DNA from: Octopus sinensis
Lineage: Eukaryota
Assembly: GCF_006345805.1 (NCBI RefSeq)
Contig: NC_043015.1
Location: forward strand, 29,326,001-29,390,000
Reading direction: 5' to 3'
DNA length: 64,000 bases
The notes beneath the pieces are model-generated. The model worked only from the letters and a program-made list of their open reading frames with translations, was not told the origin of the DNA and ran no database searches. A program made the translations under genes and the position numbers. Shown in pieces: positions 13,222 to 26,900 of this stretch; the first letter of the stretch is position 1, and every line of letters starts with the position of its first letter.

Positions 13222-13531
13222 TGGAGAAGTTCTTAACCAGATCAGGCCGAAAATGTCGCAGGATGCTAGGATCACCAAGCATAGATTGGCATATTTCGGT
13301 CATATTATGCGGAGAAAATCCCTGGAGAAGGACATCATGCTCGGAATGGTCAGTGGCAAGAGAGGAAGAGGCCGACCAAGAACCCGCTGGCTTGACACCA
13401 TCAAGAGTGATACGGAAATGGACATAGCCAATCTGAAAGAAGCGGCCCAGGATAGAACTGACTGGAGGACACTGATCCATCGAGTAACCAAGAGTCGACT
13501 TCGACTGAGCGGATAGATAGATAGATAGATG
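13222..13531 (+). mobile_element. 5'-truncated RTE (BovB-like) LINE 3' end with (GATA)n tail, in FIS1 intron 4
   Basis: RLAYFGHIMRRKSLEKDIMLG...GRGRPRTRWLDTI...DRTDWR is a typical RTE C-terminus. Confidence 0.93.
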
Positions 13532-13769
13532 TTGGATGATGTAGATCTAGATATACAAAAAGCTGGAATGGTCATGGCCAGAGTCAGAACACCCTTCGGT
13601 GTAGGTCTTTTAAGTGGTCTGATCTGAGATAGTAGGGGGGAGGGGGGCTGAACAATGAAAAAAAAAACTACAACTACTACCAGTAACTGAGAAAGAAAAT
13701 ATGAAAAAAATCCACCCAAAAGTAATAATAATAATAATAAAATAAAATAAGAAAGAAAACAAAACGAAC

Positions 13770-13875
13770 CTCGGGTTAATTTTTTCTTGATAAATTGCTC
13801 CATGCTAATTGCTTGGCGATTATCAGGCTGAAGATTCAAAACCATCTTTATGTATTGTAGTGCATGTTCATATTC
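13770..13875 (-). CDS. FIS1: FIS1 coding exon 4 (EYEHALQYIKMVLNLQPDNRQAISMEQFIKKKLTR)
   Basis: 106 nt, acceptor ttcttacag, donor CGAG|gttcgt (phase 0 to 1). Matches EYEKALKYVRGLLQTEPQNNQAKELERLIDK. Confidence 0.95.
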
Positions 13876-15647
13876 CTGTAAGAAACAAACAGACAGAGAA
13901 AAGGTTTAACGCTCCAGTATTCGAAACGGCTGTTATTACGCCAAATTATTCTACCTGCTTTCTACGCTCGAATCGTCCAGATCTAGACTCTCACACCAAC
14001 CCTACAATATCGTTCTGGACAATTACCCATGCGGACAACAGATGATGATTTAAAACTTCTTAATATATTAGTGAGGGGGTAATTAACTAAGGACAACAAG
14101 GGTTAACATCATATCAGGACAATTACACCCTCCCTATGGGTGGGGCGGTGTAAATGTCTTGATACAATGTTAACCCTTTCATTACCATTTTTATTTTGAG
14201 ATGCTCTGAGTTTCTTTCAATTAATTTTAACTATGACAAAGAATTTAGTAAAATAATTTAGTTATCATTGTATTTAGGAATGGTCATTTTGCCAGTTTAG
14301 CCAATAAAATCACACACACTATATATTTGGTGTTACTCTGCTTCAGTGTTATTCATTTTTTACATTAATCTTAATCTTATTATGAATAACACTGAAGCAA
14401 AGTAACACCAAATATATAGTGCGTGTGTTTTTATTGGCTAAAATGGCAAAATGACCCTTCCAAAATACAACAATATCTGTTTCAACACACGACTTCACAT
14501 CAAAAATCTTGCAAAACAAATATATAAACGTAATTTAGTTATCATTAAGCTAGTGTTAGGAACCTAAATTGTGACTAAGGTTTGGTGGAAGATTTTAATT
14601 CAAAACTTATGAAAACTTATGAAGACATTTTTACCACATAGCCAGAGCTGGTCGCATTATTGGAATCTCAGAGCTAAGAGATAATGCATGATTACTTCAA
14701 AAGGAATGTGAATAAATAAGCATTGTCTGCTAAGATTCCCTTACATTGACCAATAGCTTTTGAGTGAAACATGATAGGTGGAATCTGTGAAGAAGCCTGT
14801 GGATACATATTTGAAGCTAGAAACGGTAATATTGTTATTTAGAGTTTCACCAAAGGGTTACGTAAAATCTCATTCAGAGTTATCAGTAAGAAAAAAACAA
14901 AATAAAACATAGGGTCATCAGACACTTAAATACACACAAATAGTCATTTAAACGGTCATTTTGGAAATGCTTGTTTCCTCTCATGTGCAATATAAAATAG
15001 AATAAAAGTTCACTAATTTTGCAGAAAGTATGTGGTAGGGAAGACAGCAGTAGAGATGACTACTACTAGGCAAGTTCTAATACCTTTACATCCATCAAAT
15101 TTTAATTTAATTCAACTGTTTATTGTAAGAGTTAAGTTAGGGTTAAACCCTTTAGCATTTAAACAGGCAATGTCCAGCCAAAATATTCTGCCTGTTTTAT
15201 GTTCAAACTGGCCAGATCTGGTCTCTCATACCAACCCTACAATATCGTTCTGAAACTTAACAGTTTCCTCATCAAAATCTCAAAGCTACATGAAAATGCA
15301 TGATTAATTCAAAACAATGTGAATAAATAAGCATTACTTTTGACAAAATAATGTGAATACCAAAGGATTAATGAAATGAGCATTGACAAACTAACAAAAA
15401 AAAATTTATGCAATGAGGGAAAAAAAAACAATGCAAATCATTGAGAAATATTGTTCCGAGGCTTTAGGTAAGTATGGGAGGCAACTTACAATGTTTCAAT
15501 CTCATTAGGCCTCCACAGGAAAGTGTGGACTCCATATTTATCCAAAGAATGGTGAGAGAATCACTAAGAGAATGTACAATAGTGTACACTGATAGGAAAT
15601 AATCAGCGAATAAATTTACTCTGATGATAAGATTGCAAATAACTTAC

Positions 15648-15727
15648 TTTCAACTTGGTAAAGCCCACGGCAAGATAATAGAGGTAGTCTCGGCGAGATT
15701 GATCATCATTGGTTTTCTGTAGGATGT
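15648..15727 (-). CDS. FIS1: FIS1 coding exon 3 (DILQKTNDDQSRRDYLYYLAVGFTKLK)
   Basis: 80 nt, acceptor ccttccag, donor AAA|gtaagt (phase 1 to 0). Matches the FIS1 TPR motif RDYVFYLAVGNYRLK. Confidence 0.96.
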
Positions 15728-15968
15728 CTGGAAGGCAGAAATGAAAACTACTTTTAGAAAGAACATTCTGGTTTGAACCAGGTTTCATTTTATTGGTGAG
15801 AGGAAGCAGTTTGCATCCTACTTGCACATGGCAGTGTTTATTTATAGATAAAAACAAGGGAGATGGAATTGGAAATAGTTAACAGAACGGGACAAACAGA
15901 TACAGGAAACTTCACATCGGCTTTTGAATCCAAAGTCATTGCAGTTTTGGGACATTTTAATTGTGCCT

Positions 15969-16019
<51 letters not shown>

Positions 16020-16020
16020 C

Positions 16021-16060
<40 letters not shown>

Positions 16061-16407
16061 ATATATATATATATTATATATATATATATATATATAGTGG
16101 TTAAGGTAGCGGATTCGCGGTTGTAGGATCGCAGTTTCGCTTCCCAGACCGGGCGTTGTGAGTGTTTATTGAGCGAAAACACTTAAAGCTCCACGAGGCT
16201 CCGGCAGGGGGTGGTGGCGATCCCTGCTGTACTCTTTCGCCACAACTTTCCCTCACTCTTTCTTCTGATGGTCTGCTCGCTTAGCCAGCGGGGTGGCGTC
16301 ATTTGAAGGCTAAAACAATACCAAGCGCATTGTGACCAGCGATGTGCAACAACATCTGATAGCCTGGTCGGTCACGTGATATAGATATATATATATATAT
16401 GTATATA

Positions 16408-16449
<42 letters not shown>

Positions 16450-16468
16450 CAGTATATATACATATTTT

Positions 16469-17073
16469 CAGTAATGCCTTGATATACGAGTTAATTTATT
16501 CCCATGCCAGCATGGACAATGGATGTTGATGATGATGATGATGATGATGATGATGAGCCCACTCATAAAGCGAAAACTTGTACTGCAGAGCAATAATTTC
16601 CCATAGTAGCAATGTTATAAATTGCAATTCATTCCCAGAAAAATATTTTACTTGTAAAATTTAAAATTTGAAATACTTGTAAATAATTGGCAATAAAACA
16701 ACAGTAGAATGTGAAGAATATTCTATGTAAAGTGAAAAGAATGTCAAGAATATTTATAATAAAAAACATTATTATAATCGTTTTCTGAATCACTTTCACT
16801 CGCACTAGACTCGCATAGAACATCACTTGTAGACATAATTGCCAATCCACAAGCACTCATTGTAGATTTCCGTTTAAAAAACAAGTCTAGAGTTGTTTGC
16901 TTAGAAGTTTTTTTTTGGGGGGGCTGTCTATAAATTTCTCGGTAACACACAAAAGCAGTTGTAATGGTAACAGAAACTTTTTCATTTTATTCAAAATTTG
17001 GATCTGCTTGAAAAATGAAACTCGTAAACCTGGGGTCTCGTAAAACAAGTCCTCGTAAAGTGAGGTATTACTG
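16469..17073 (-). mobile_element. Tigger/pogo-like deletion derivative
   Basis: Imperfect TIRs cagtaatgccttgatatacgag / ctcgtaaagtgaggtattactg; ORF 16744-16950 CYREIY...KQTTLDLFFK resembles the pogo/Tigger C-terminus. Confidence 0.7.
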
Positions 17074-17997
17074 CATATATATACTCGCAAAAATATGTAC
17101 ATACATATATGTGTGTGTGTGTGTGAGTGGGTGGATGGGTATGTATGTATATATATATATATATAATATATATATATATATATTATATATATATATATAT
17201 GTGTGTGTATATGTAAAAAAATACAAACTGGGACATTTAGAAGACGATACAAAAAACAGACGGGACATTCGAAGCCTTCAATCTTCAGTCAAAAACCGGA
17301 TCATCCTCGCAATTTCGGCTGAGTAATCTTGAGATTGCTCCGACCTGGCCAGTCCCAAAGGAAAATCTAAGCCAAGCACATTAGATTCCTTGGAAGAAAG
17401 CCTCGAATGTATACAAAACAAGGACGGAAAAACGGACGATGTTACACAAATATGAATACAAAAATACATAAAAACAATAATGATAATAATAATAACAAAA
17501 AGAGGACGTCACAGACAGGCGTCTTTTCGACAGGACAAGTAAACTTTATATATATATATATATCTGCTGGGTTCGGCTGCTCTGCATTGATAAGGGGCAA
17601 ATACCCTGAAACTAGTCTGCAGATGTCTGACCAGAGCAAGGGGAAGCGGCTGACCTCCCCTGTTCGAAGGTTATAATGGACACAGTTTCGGGTGTCACAT
17701 AGCTAGCTAGAGGCGATGGCCTCTTGGAGCTAATCAACAGCAGCATTCGTCCTATATTTCTGGACTGCCATATTAGCTTGGCGATAACTATTAATATATA
17801 TAGATATAACTATACATGTATGTATACATGCAGGAGTGGCTGTGTGGTAAGTAGCTTGCTAACCAACCACATGGTTCCGGGTTCAGTCCCACTGCGTGGA
17901 ATCTTGGGCAAGTGTCTTCTGCTATAGCCCCGGGCCGACTAAAGCCTTGTGAGTGGATTTGGTAGATGGCAACTGAAAGAAGCCTGTCGTATATATG

Positions 17998-18028
<31 letters not shown>

Positions 18029-18240
18029 ATTCAAGTGTCTGTGTTTGTCCCCCCCCCCAACATTGCTTGACAACCAATGCTGGTGTGTTTACGTCCCCGT
18101 CACTTAGCGGTTCGGCAAAAGAGACCGAAGTACTGGGCTTATAAAAAAAGAATAAGTCCCAGGGTCGAGTTGCTCGATTAAAGGCGGTGCTCCAGCATGG
18201 CCGCAGTCAAATGACTGAAACAAGTAAAAGAGTAAAAGAG

Positions 18241-18300
<60 letters not shown>

Positions 18301-18580
18301 TGTGTCTGTGTTTGTTCCCCTAGCATTGCTTGACAACCGATGCTGGTGTGTTTATGTCCCCGTTACTTAGCGGTTCGGCAAAAGAGACCGATAGAATAAG
18401 TACTGGGCTTACAAAAAAAGAATGAGTCCCAGGGTCGAGTTGCTCGATTAAAGGCGGTGCTCCAGCATGGCCGCAGCAGTCAAATGACTGAAACAAGTAA
18501 AAGAGTAAAAGAGTAAAGAGTATAATCTTTTCGAAATCCTTAAAATTATTCAAAAACCTGAAAAACTTTGAAAAACTCAC

Positions 18581-18713
18581 CTTGAAGAAATGCTATTCCT
18601 TTCCGAATGTCGTTTGAATATTTGCTCCGGATTAAACAGAGAGCATAATCAAAATAAGTACTTTCATGGATCACGCCTCGCTTCTCTTGACCGAGATACA
18701 GCTGTTCATACTT
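18581..18713 (-). CDS. FIS1: FIS1 coding exon 2 (KYEQLYLGQEKRGVIHESTYFDYALCLIRSKYSNDIRKGIAFLQ)
   Basis: 133 nt, acceptor gatttcag, donor CAAG|gtgagt (phase 0 to 1). Matches FIS1 TQFEYAWCLVRSKYNDDIRKGIVLL. Confidence 0.96.
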
Positions 18714-18739
18714 CTGAAATCAGAACCAGCAAAAAACAT

Positions 18740-19275
18740 GATTAGTGAGACCCATATTGGAGTACGGGATTCAAGCCTCTTCTCCCTATCTCCTCAAAGA
18801 CATACATCATCTCAAAAGAGTCCAGAAGCTGGCTACTCGCATGGTTCTTGGTCTCAAGCATTTGTCTTATGAAGAAAGGCTGAAGACGCTCGACCTTTAT
18901 TCTCTAGAAAAATGCAGCCGCCGTGGTGATCTCATTCTTGCTCACAACATCATAAGCGGAAAGTGTAACCTCTCGAAAGAGCTGTTCTTCACTCCTGCTC
19001 CAGAGCGTCAGCTACAGGGTCACTCTAAAAAGCTCTATCTGTGACGATTTCATCTCAATGGAAGGAGAGGGGCTTTCCCCGTCTGGGTTGCAGATCCGTG
19101 GAATAAGCTGCCGGACGAGATAGTGAAGATGCCGACGACCGCTCGGTCCAAAGACTCTCTTGACCAGAAATGGACTGAACTCTTTGCATGAACACCCTCC
19201 CTGTACATAACTCCATGTCCCCCTACATGGCCTTGCTTTTTGCTTTTTGAGCCAAAAAATTAACTTAACTTAAGT
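18740..19275 (+). mobile_element. CR1-clade LINE 3' end; second copy at ~49770-50065
   Basis: VRPILEYGIQASSPY...LERVQ-like...LSYEERLKTLDLYSLE..RRGDLI; (TTAAC)-type tail. Confidence 0.92.
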
Positions 19276-20124
19276 TACATCAACTATATAATTTCTTTTA
19301 ATTCTTTTTCTAATTCCAGTGGTTAGACTGAGGTCCTGCTAGAGCACTGCTTAAGGGATGTAGCCACGGGAGAACTTAATACTACAATATACTGTCATCG
19401 GTTTTACTTCCAATTTTTCTTGGTTGGATGAGTCTTTTCCAACACCGCATCCTGCCACTTGTTGCAATCCTTCGCCATCTCTTATGAGAAGATAAGCTTC
19501 CTAAAATCGCCATCGCTACTTCTGCCCAGTTTTGGCATGGTTTTTATAGTTGAAGGCCCTGCCTAACACGAACTGCTTTCAGAGTGTACTGGGTGCATTT
19601 TTCTTGTAGCACCAGCACCAGAGAGGTTGTCATGTTTTCAGATGTGAGGACGTGGCACAAGCAATGTATTAATATGATGCTCAGTAAAAGGAGAGAGTTG
19701 CTGTTTTATGTTTTGAACAGAGCTCTTCATCGGAAACATGAAATATAGGCAAGTCCAAAGCAAAAGGAGGAATGAAGAAAAAATTGCCAATAGTCCATGT
19801 GCAGATGTGTATATATATGATTTTTTTTGTTTTAACAAAAACTGTCCGATGAACGGGAACGTGAAATTCCAAGTAACAGGTTTTTAAGTAAAACATATTA
19901 CTCTACCTCTGGTATTTGAGTACTCTTTTTTCCACATTTATGTGTTTACTCTGGTATATATATATTATATATACATATATATATATATATATTATATATA
20001 TATATTATATATATATATATAATATATGTAAATATATATATATATATGTAAATATATATATATATATATATATAAATACATACACACACATATACATACA
20101 CAAACACACACACACACACACATA

Positions 20125-20930
20125 TATTGGGTCATCCCATAAATAATATGGTTTGTTTATACTTCTTATATTTTTCAAAACTAAAACAAAGTTCTTTTTT
20201 AATCTAAAATATACTCTCCTTCATTTTCTACAATGCTCTTCCATCCATCTTGTAGACTTGCAAGGCCCCTCTTCCAAAATTCACTTGTCTATGACGAAAA
20301 GCACTCCTCCACTACTGTTCTGACCTCGTCTACAGAATTCATATTTTTTCCCTATATATATGACTTTGAAGATTGCATATCTGGCAAATATGGTGGGTGG
20401 GGCATCGCTTCCCATTCAAACTGCTCCAGCCTTTGGAATGTCATCCTCGCTGTATGTGGCCAAGCATTATCCTGATGGAAGAACACCTATTTCTTTACTA
20501 TCCACAAGGGGACAAAGAAGGACAGACAAACAGATTAAATCGATTATATCGACCCAGTGCTCAACTGGTACTTAATTTATCAACCCCTAAAGGATGAAAG
20601 TCAAAGTCGACCTCGGCGGAATTTGAACTCAGAACGCAGCGGTGGACGAAATACCACAAAGCATTTCGCCCGGCATGCTAACCGTTCAGCCAGCTCGATA
20701 CCCGTCATCTTGAAACCAAAGATGGTCGTTTTTCTTTGCAGCAGATCTCCTTTGTCATCATTTGGTTTGGGTTTAAAAGTTCGAAAGCGGACTAAACCTT
20801 TCATTATCCCACCAAACAGATAACAACACCTTGCATGGGTGAAGACCTTCTTTAGCCCGGGGGTGCCGGTGCTTCTCCTTTCCCGACCCACTGCCTTAAG
20901 AAGTATAAACAAACTTTCACAACTTGGTCT
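20125..20930 (-). mobile_element. Mariner transposase remnant, interrupted by a SINE at ~20480-20700
   Basis: Minus strand reads FELLNPNQ...(SINE)...FHQDNAWPHTARMT...EWEAMPHPPYLPD; TIR-like end near 20126. Confidence 0.85.
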
Positions 20931-22985
20931 AGCAACACACACACACACACACACAGAGGCATCGGAGTGGCTGTGTGGTAAGAAGTTTGCTTCCAAACTC
21001 ATGGTTCCAGCTTCAGCACCACCATGTTCCACCTCAGGCAAGCATCTACTATAGCAGCCTTTTCAGTGGATTGGGTAGATGGAAACTGAAAGAAGCCTGT
21101 TGTATACATATATATATTTATATCACCATGATCACCGAGACCGACCAGGCTATCAGGTGTTGCTACACATCGCTGTTCACAATGCGCTTCACATTGTTTT
21201 AGCCTTCAAATGACGCCACCCTGCTGGCTAAGCGAGCAGGCCAACAGAAGAAAGAGTGAGAGAAAGTTGTGGTGAAAGAGTACAGCAGGGATCACCACCA
21301 CCCCTTGACAGAGCGTCGTGGAACTTTAGGTGTTTTTGCTCAATAAACACTCACAACGCCCGGTCTGGGAATCGAAACTGCAATCCTACAACCGTGAGTC
21401 CGCTGCCCTAACCACTGGGCTATTGCGCCTCCACATATATATATATATATATATATGTCTTTGCATCTGTTTGACCTCCAACCAGTGTTTGTTTGTTTAT
21501 GTCCCTAAAAACTTAGCAGTTTGACCAAAGTCACTAACAGAATAAGTTCCACGCTTAAAAAAGTACCAGGGTTGATTCATTAGGCTAAAATCCCTCATGG
21601 TGATGCCCTAGCATGTCCGCAGTCTAATGACTCAAACAAGTAAAAGGTAAATTATATATATAATATATATATATATATACTCTTTTACTCATTTACTTGT
21701 TTCAGTCATCTGACTGCGGCCATGCTGGAGCACCGCCTTTAATCGAGCAACTCGACCCCGGGACTTATTCTTTTGTAAGCCCAGTACTTATTGTATCGGT
21801 CTCTTTTGCCGAACCGCTAAGTGACAGGGACATAAACACACCAGCATCGGTTGTCAAGCAATGCTAGGGGGACAAACACAGACACACAAACACGCACACA
21901 CATACATATATACATATATATATTACATATATACGACAGGCTTCTTTCATTTTCCATCTACCAAATCCACTCACAAGGCTTTGGTCGGCCCGAGGCTATA
22001 GTAGAAGACACCTGCCCAAGGTGCCACGCAGTGGGACTGAACCCGGAACCATGTGGTTGGTAAACAAGCTACTTACCACACAGCCACTCCTGTGCCTATG
22101 TATGTATGTATATACGATGGGCTTCTTTCAGTTTCCGTCAACCAAATCCACTCACAAGGCTTTGGTCGGCCTTAGGCTATAGTTGAAGACACTTTCCCAA
22201 GATGCCACGCAGTGGGACTGAACCCGGAACCATGTGGTTGGTAAACAAGCTACTTACCACACAGCCACTCCTATTTATATATATATGTATATATAGGGCG
22301 TGATTCAAAGGCTATTGGGGTGTTGTTTCTAGCAGGTCAGGTGATCACCAAGAGGCTCTCCCACGTCTTCTTATCAGTCCTTCCAATCCTGGTGATTTCG
22401 ATAATATTAAAGCTAATCAAATAGCGCAAAACACTGAACAAGACTACAATCATCTCCGACAACAGAGTATAATTAAATGCCAACAGTGAGCAACGTTGTT
22501 GACACCTTGCTATTATAGCAGACAGCTCTCCATGATAATAGACTGATTGTTGTTATATAATAGACTGTTTAGTTACTACACTGCCCAATGTTAATTATAT
22601 GATTTTCAATCAAGGAATAAATTGCCAAGTTACATACGCAGCAAAATGAATGCTTATATTTCTCCTGTGACTTTTACCGTTTTGCAAATCTTGCCTTTTT
22701 TTTGATTTCCTGCAATTCTTTTCTTTTTTTTTCCTATTTTTTTATGTTTTAGTTGTAACTGTAACCATGGATATGAGGGTGGTTTAGAAGTTCGCTTTAC
22801 AATACAAGGGTCTGGGTTCTGTCTCCACTGTGTGGCACCTTGGAGAAAATTGTCTTCTAGTTTGCGTCAATGAAAGCTTTGCGTGTGAAATTTGGTGAAA
22901 GAAGTTCGGTGGAAGTGCAAGCATGCATGCGTGTGTGTGTGAGTGTGTGTGTGTGTGTGTGTGTGTATTCATTAATAAATATATA

Positions 22986-23029
<44 letters not shown>

Positions 23030-23771
23030 AATTAATAAATAAAACATATGCATATATACATACATATATGGCCGTTGCCAGCCTCGCCTGGCACCCGTGC
23101 CGGTGGCACATAAAAAGCACCATCCGATCGTGGCCGTTTGCCAGACTCGTCTGGCACCTGTGCCGGCGGCATGTAAAAAGCACCCACTACACTCATGGAG
23201 TGGTTGGCGTTAGGAAGGGCATCCAGCCGTAGAAACATTACCAGATCAAACTGGGCCTGGTGCAGCCTTCTGGCTTCCCAGACCCCAGTTGAACCGTCCA
23301 ACCCATGCCAGCATGGAAAGCGGACACTAAACGATGATGATGATGAAATATATATACACACACATATGTATGTGTTTGTCCCCCCAACATCACTTGACAA
23401 CCGATGCTGGTGTGTTTACAGAATAAGTACTAGGCTTACAATGAATAAGTCCTGGGGGTCGATTTGCTCGACTAAAAGCGGTGCTCCAGCATGGCCACAG
23501 TCAAATGACTGAAACAAGTAAAAAAAAAATGTTGTGTTCTGGGGTCGATATAATCAAGTAGCCCGCTTACTCAGAATTCCAGGACTTGTGGCTATAGTAG
23601 AAAGTATTAGTGCAGTGGATAGGAGAACTGACAGAGTGTAGAACAAATGGTCTTGCAGTGACCAAGTGGATTACTATTCAATAATTAAATGCTCAATTTT
23701 AAACATAGGACCATCAACTATCTCCTATCCATGTCTTTGTTTCTGTGAACATTTGTCAACTTCAACATTAA

Positions 23772-23992
23772 CCCTTTTGATATCAATCCACCTGAAACCA
23801 CTTCTGGCTCTGAGTACAAATGTCTTGTTTTCAAAAGTTCTGAATTAAAATCTTACACCAAACCTTAGTCACAATTTATGTTCCTAACACTAGCTGAATG
23901 ATAACGAAGTTATTTTACTAAATTCTTTGTTATATTTAAAATTAATTGAAAGAAACACAGAGCATCTCAACAGAAATATGGTAACAAAAGGG
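23772..23992. mobile_element. piggyBac-like MITE; related copies at ~24020-24247, 28117-28345, 10727-11233, 15145-15370, 28508-28737
   Basis: TTAA|CCCTT...AAGGG|TTAA termini; shared internal sequence among copies (two subfamilies). Confidence 0.85.
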
Positions 23993-26900
23993 TTAAATAT
24001 ATAATAGAGAAACAATTCTGAACCCTTTAGATAACAACCCACCTGAAACCAGCTCTGGCTCTGAGTACAAATGTCTTGTTTTCATAAGTTTTGAATTAAA
24101 ATCTTCCACCAAACCTTAGTCACAATTTAGGTTCCTAACACTAGCTGAATGATAACTAAGTTATTTTACTAAATTCTTTGTTATATTTAAAATTAATTGA
24201 AAGAAACACAGAGCATCTCAAAATAAATACAGTAACGAAAGGGTTAAGAACTATAAGCTGTATATTGATGTTAGCTTTTAAAAATATTTCTATTGTTTTT
24301 GAAATGTTGTTTAATTATTCTTTTGTTTTAGGAGGTTTTTTTTAATTTTTATTATTTTAATAATACATTGAAGTTGTTTATACTCCACAGCAATGTCTGT
24401 TTGCAGTGAACACTATAATTACAAAAGGAGAAAAAAAAACATTTACAACATTATTTATTTGGAAAAGGAAATAAATAACTACATCTGGAGTTGGCAACTG
24501 AATGGATTGAAAAGCAAGAAGAAAAATATTGTTAGTGGCTTAAATTAGCACAGCTAATTGTATATGATAATTATATGAGATAATATAAAATCAATCAAAT
24601 CAAAATCAAATTCGATGACTGGCATCCGTGCTTTCAGGGTGCAAAGAGCACCATACGAGCGTGATCATTGACAGAGCGGCTAACCGGCTTCCATGCCAGT
24701 GGCACATAAAAGGCACCATTCGAGCGTGATCATTACCAGCGTCACCTTACTGGCACTTGTGCCCTTGCTAGTAGGGTGCCAAGAGCACCATCCGAGTGTG
24801 ATCATTGCCAGAGCAGCCAACTGGCTTCCATGCTAGTGGCACATAAAAGGGCACCATTCGAGCGTGATCGTTACCAACATAGCCTTACTGGCATGTGTAA
24901 AAAGATTCAAGTGAGATCATTGCCAGTACCGCTTGACTGGCCCCTGTGCCAGTGGCACGTAAAAAGCACTCACTACACTCTCGGAGTGGTTGGCGTTAGG
25001 AAGGGCATCCAGCTGTAGAAACTCTGCCAAATCAAGATTGGAGCCTGCTGTAGCCATCTGGTTCGCCAGCCCTCAGTCAAAATCGTCCAACCCATGCTAG
25101 CATAGAAAGCGGACGTTAAATGATGATGATGATGAATATAATATGGGCATTGGAGTGGATGTGTGGTAAGTAGCTTGCTTACTAACCACATGGTTCCGGG
25201 TTCTGTCCACTGCGTGGCACCTTGGGCAAGTGTCTTCTACTATAGCCTTGGGCTGACCAAAGCCTTGTGAGTGGATTTGGTAGATAGAAACTGAAAGAAG
25301 CCCGTCATATATATGTATACATATGTGTATGTATGTATGTATGTGTATATGTTTCTGTGTCTGTGTTTGTCCCCCCCAACATTGCTTGACAACCGATGAT
25401 GGTGTGTTTATGTCCCCGTAACTTAGCATTTCGGCAAAAGAGACCGATAGAATAAATACTAGGCTTACAAAGAATAAGTCTTGGGGTTGATTTGCTCAAC
25501 TAAAGGTAGTGCTCCAGCATGGCCACAGTCAAATGACTGAAACAAGTAAAAGAGTATAATATAATATAATGTATATATAAAATAAATATCTTCTTAAATC
25601 TATTATAACTGAGTATATATATCTTTATGTAATGGTGTGTGGCCTATAGGTTAGGTCAGTAGGTTGTAGGTTCAGTTCTATGACTGGGCAGTACATTGTC
25701 CTTGAGCAAGACACTTCATTTCAGTTCATTCAACTGAAAATGAGTACCAGCTACAGTTCGAGGTTAACCCTGCAATAGACTGCTGCCTCATTCATGGGGG
25801 TTCATTGTGGTCACATTTTCTTAAGGTGGCAATCTGGCAGAAACGTTTGCACGCTGGATGAAATGCTTAGTGGTATTTCGTCTGTCTTAACGTACTGAGT
25901 TCAACTTTGCCTTTCATCCTTTTGGGGTCAATAAATTAAGTACCTATTTCTTTACAACCCACAAGGAGCTAAACACAGAGAGGACAAATAAGGACAGACA
26001 AACGGATTAAGTCGATTATATCAACCCCAGTGCGTAACTGGTACTTATTTAATCGACTCCGAAAGGATGAAAGGCAAAGTCGACCTCAGCGGAATTTGAA
26101 CTCAGAACATAAAGATAGACAATATACCGCTAAGTATTTCGCCCGCCGTGATAACGTTTCTGCCAGCTCGTCGCCTATAAATTAAGTACCAGTTGCTTAC
26201 TGGGGTCAATGTAATCAACTGGCCACCTACCCCAAAATTTCGGGCCTTGTGCCTACCTAGAGTAGAAAAGAATTTCTTTGACCTCGTGGGCCTCTAGGTT
26301 CAGGAAAGACATTAAATTATACAAATATATCTTTAGGTCTCTCTCTCTCTCCTGACAAAAAAATTTTAATATTTAAAAAAAAATTTTTTTTAAACCCTAA
26401 AATCTGGGAATATTTGAACTGACCAACTACTTGTTGCTTAATATTAACCACAAAGACAAAAATATTTTAAGCAACCAGCCAATCACCAACCACTATTTCC
26501 TTGCCCCTTTCTGACAACAATGAAACAGACTCTTTGCCTGTTTGCTACATCCAACCTTTATAGGACTGGTTCTGTTTCCACCCTTTGTTCTCCTCTTCAT
26601 TCTCACATTAATTGTATACAGTCAAATTTTTGCAATCACTTATGTAGTTGAATTTCTACTTCGTAATACAATAATGATAGTATCATATAATTTCCTGAAT
26701 GTCCTGTTTCTTTTAAACACTGTACATTAATGGCCCAATTGACCCAGTTCTTCCACGGCTCTCTCGCTCTCTTTCCTCTGAAGGCTCCCTGCCATGTTGT
26801 TCAGCTTACAACCAGCAAACCATCTTTGAAGTCACAGGAATTCTACAACCACAGTGAAGGCAACAAGTCTAGAAGTTTTGGTTTTTTGAACATGCTGATA

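Noticed and set aside
13300-13845. 181-aa minus-strand ORF as a gene
   Set aside because: It is FIS1 exon 4 read through its donor into the intron and the antisense RTE.
22753-22778. Plus-strand EGF-like micro-exon (CNCNHGYEG)
   Set aside because: The donor is poor (gtggtt), no partner exons were found, the downstream sequence is SINE-derived, and it is short enough to arise by chance.
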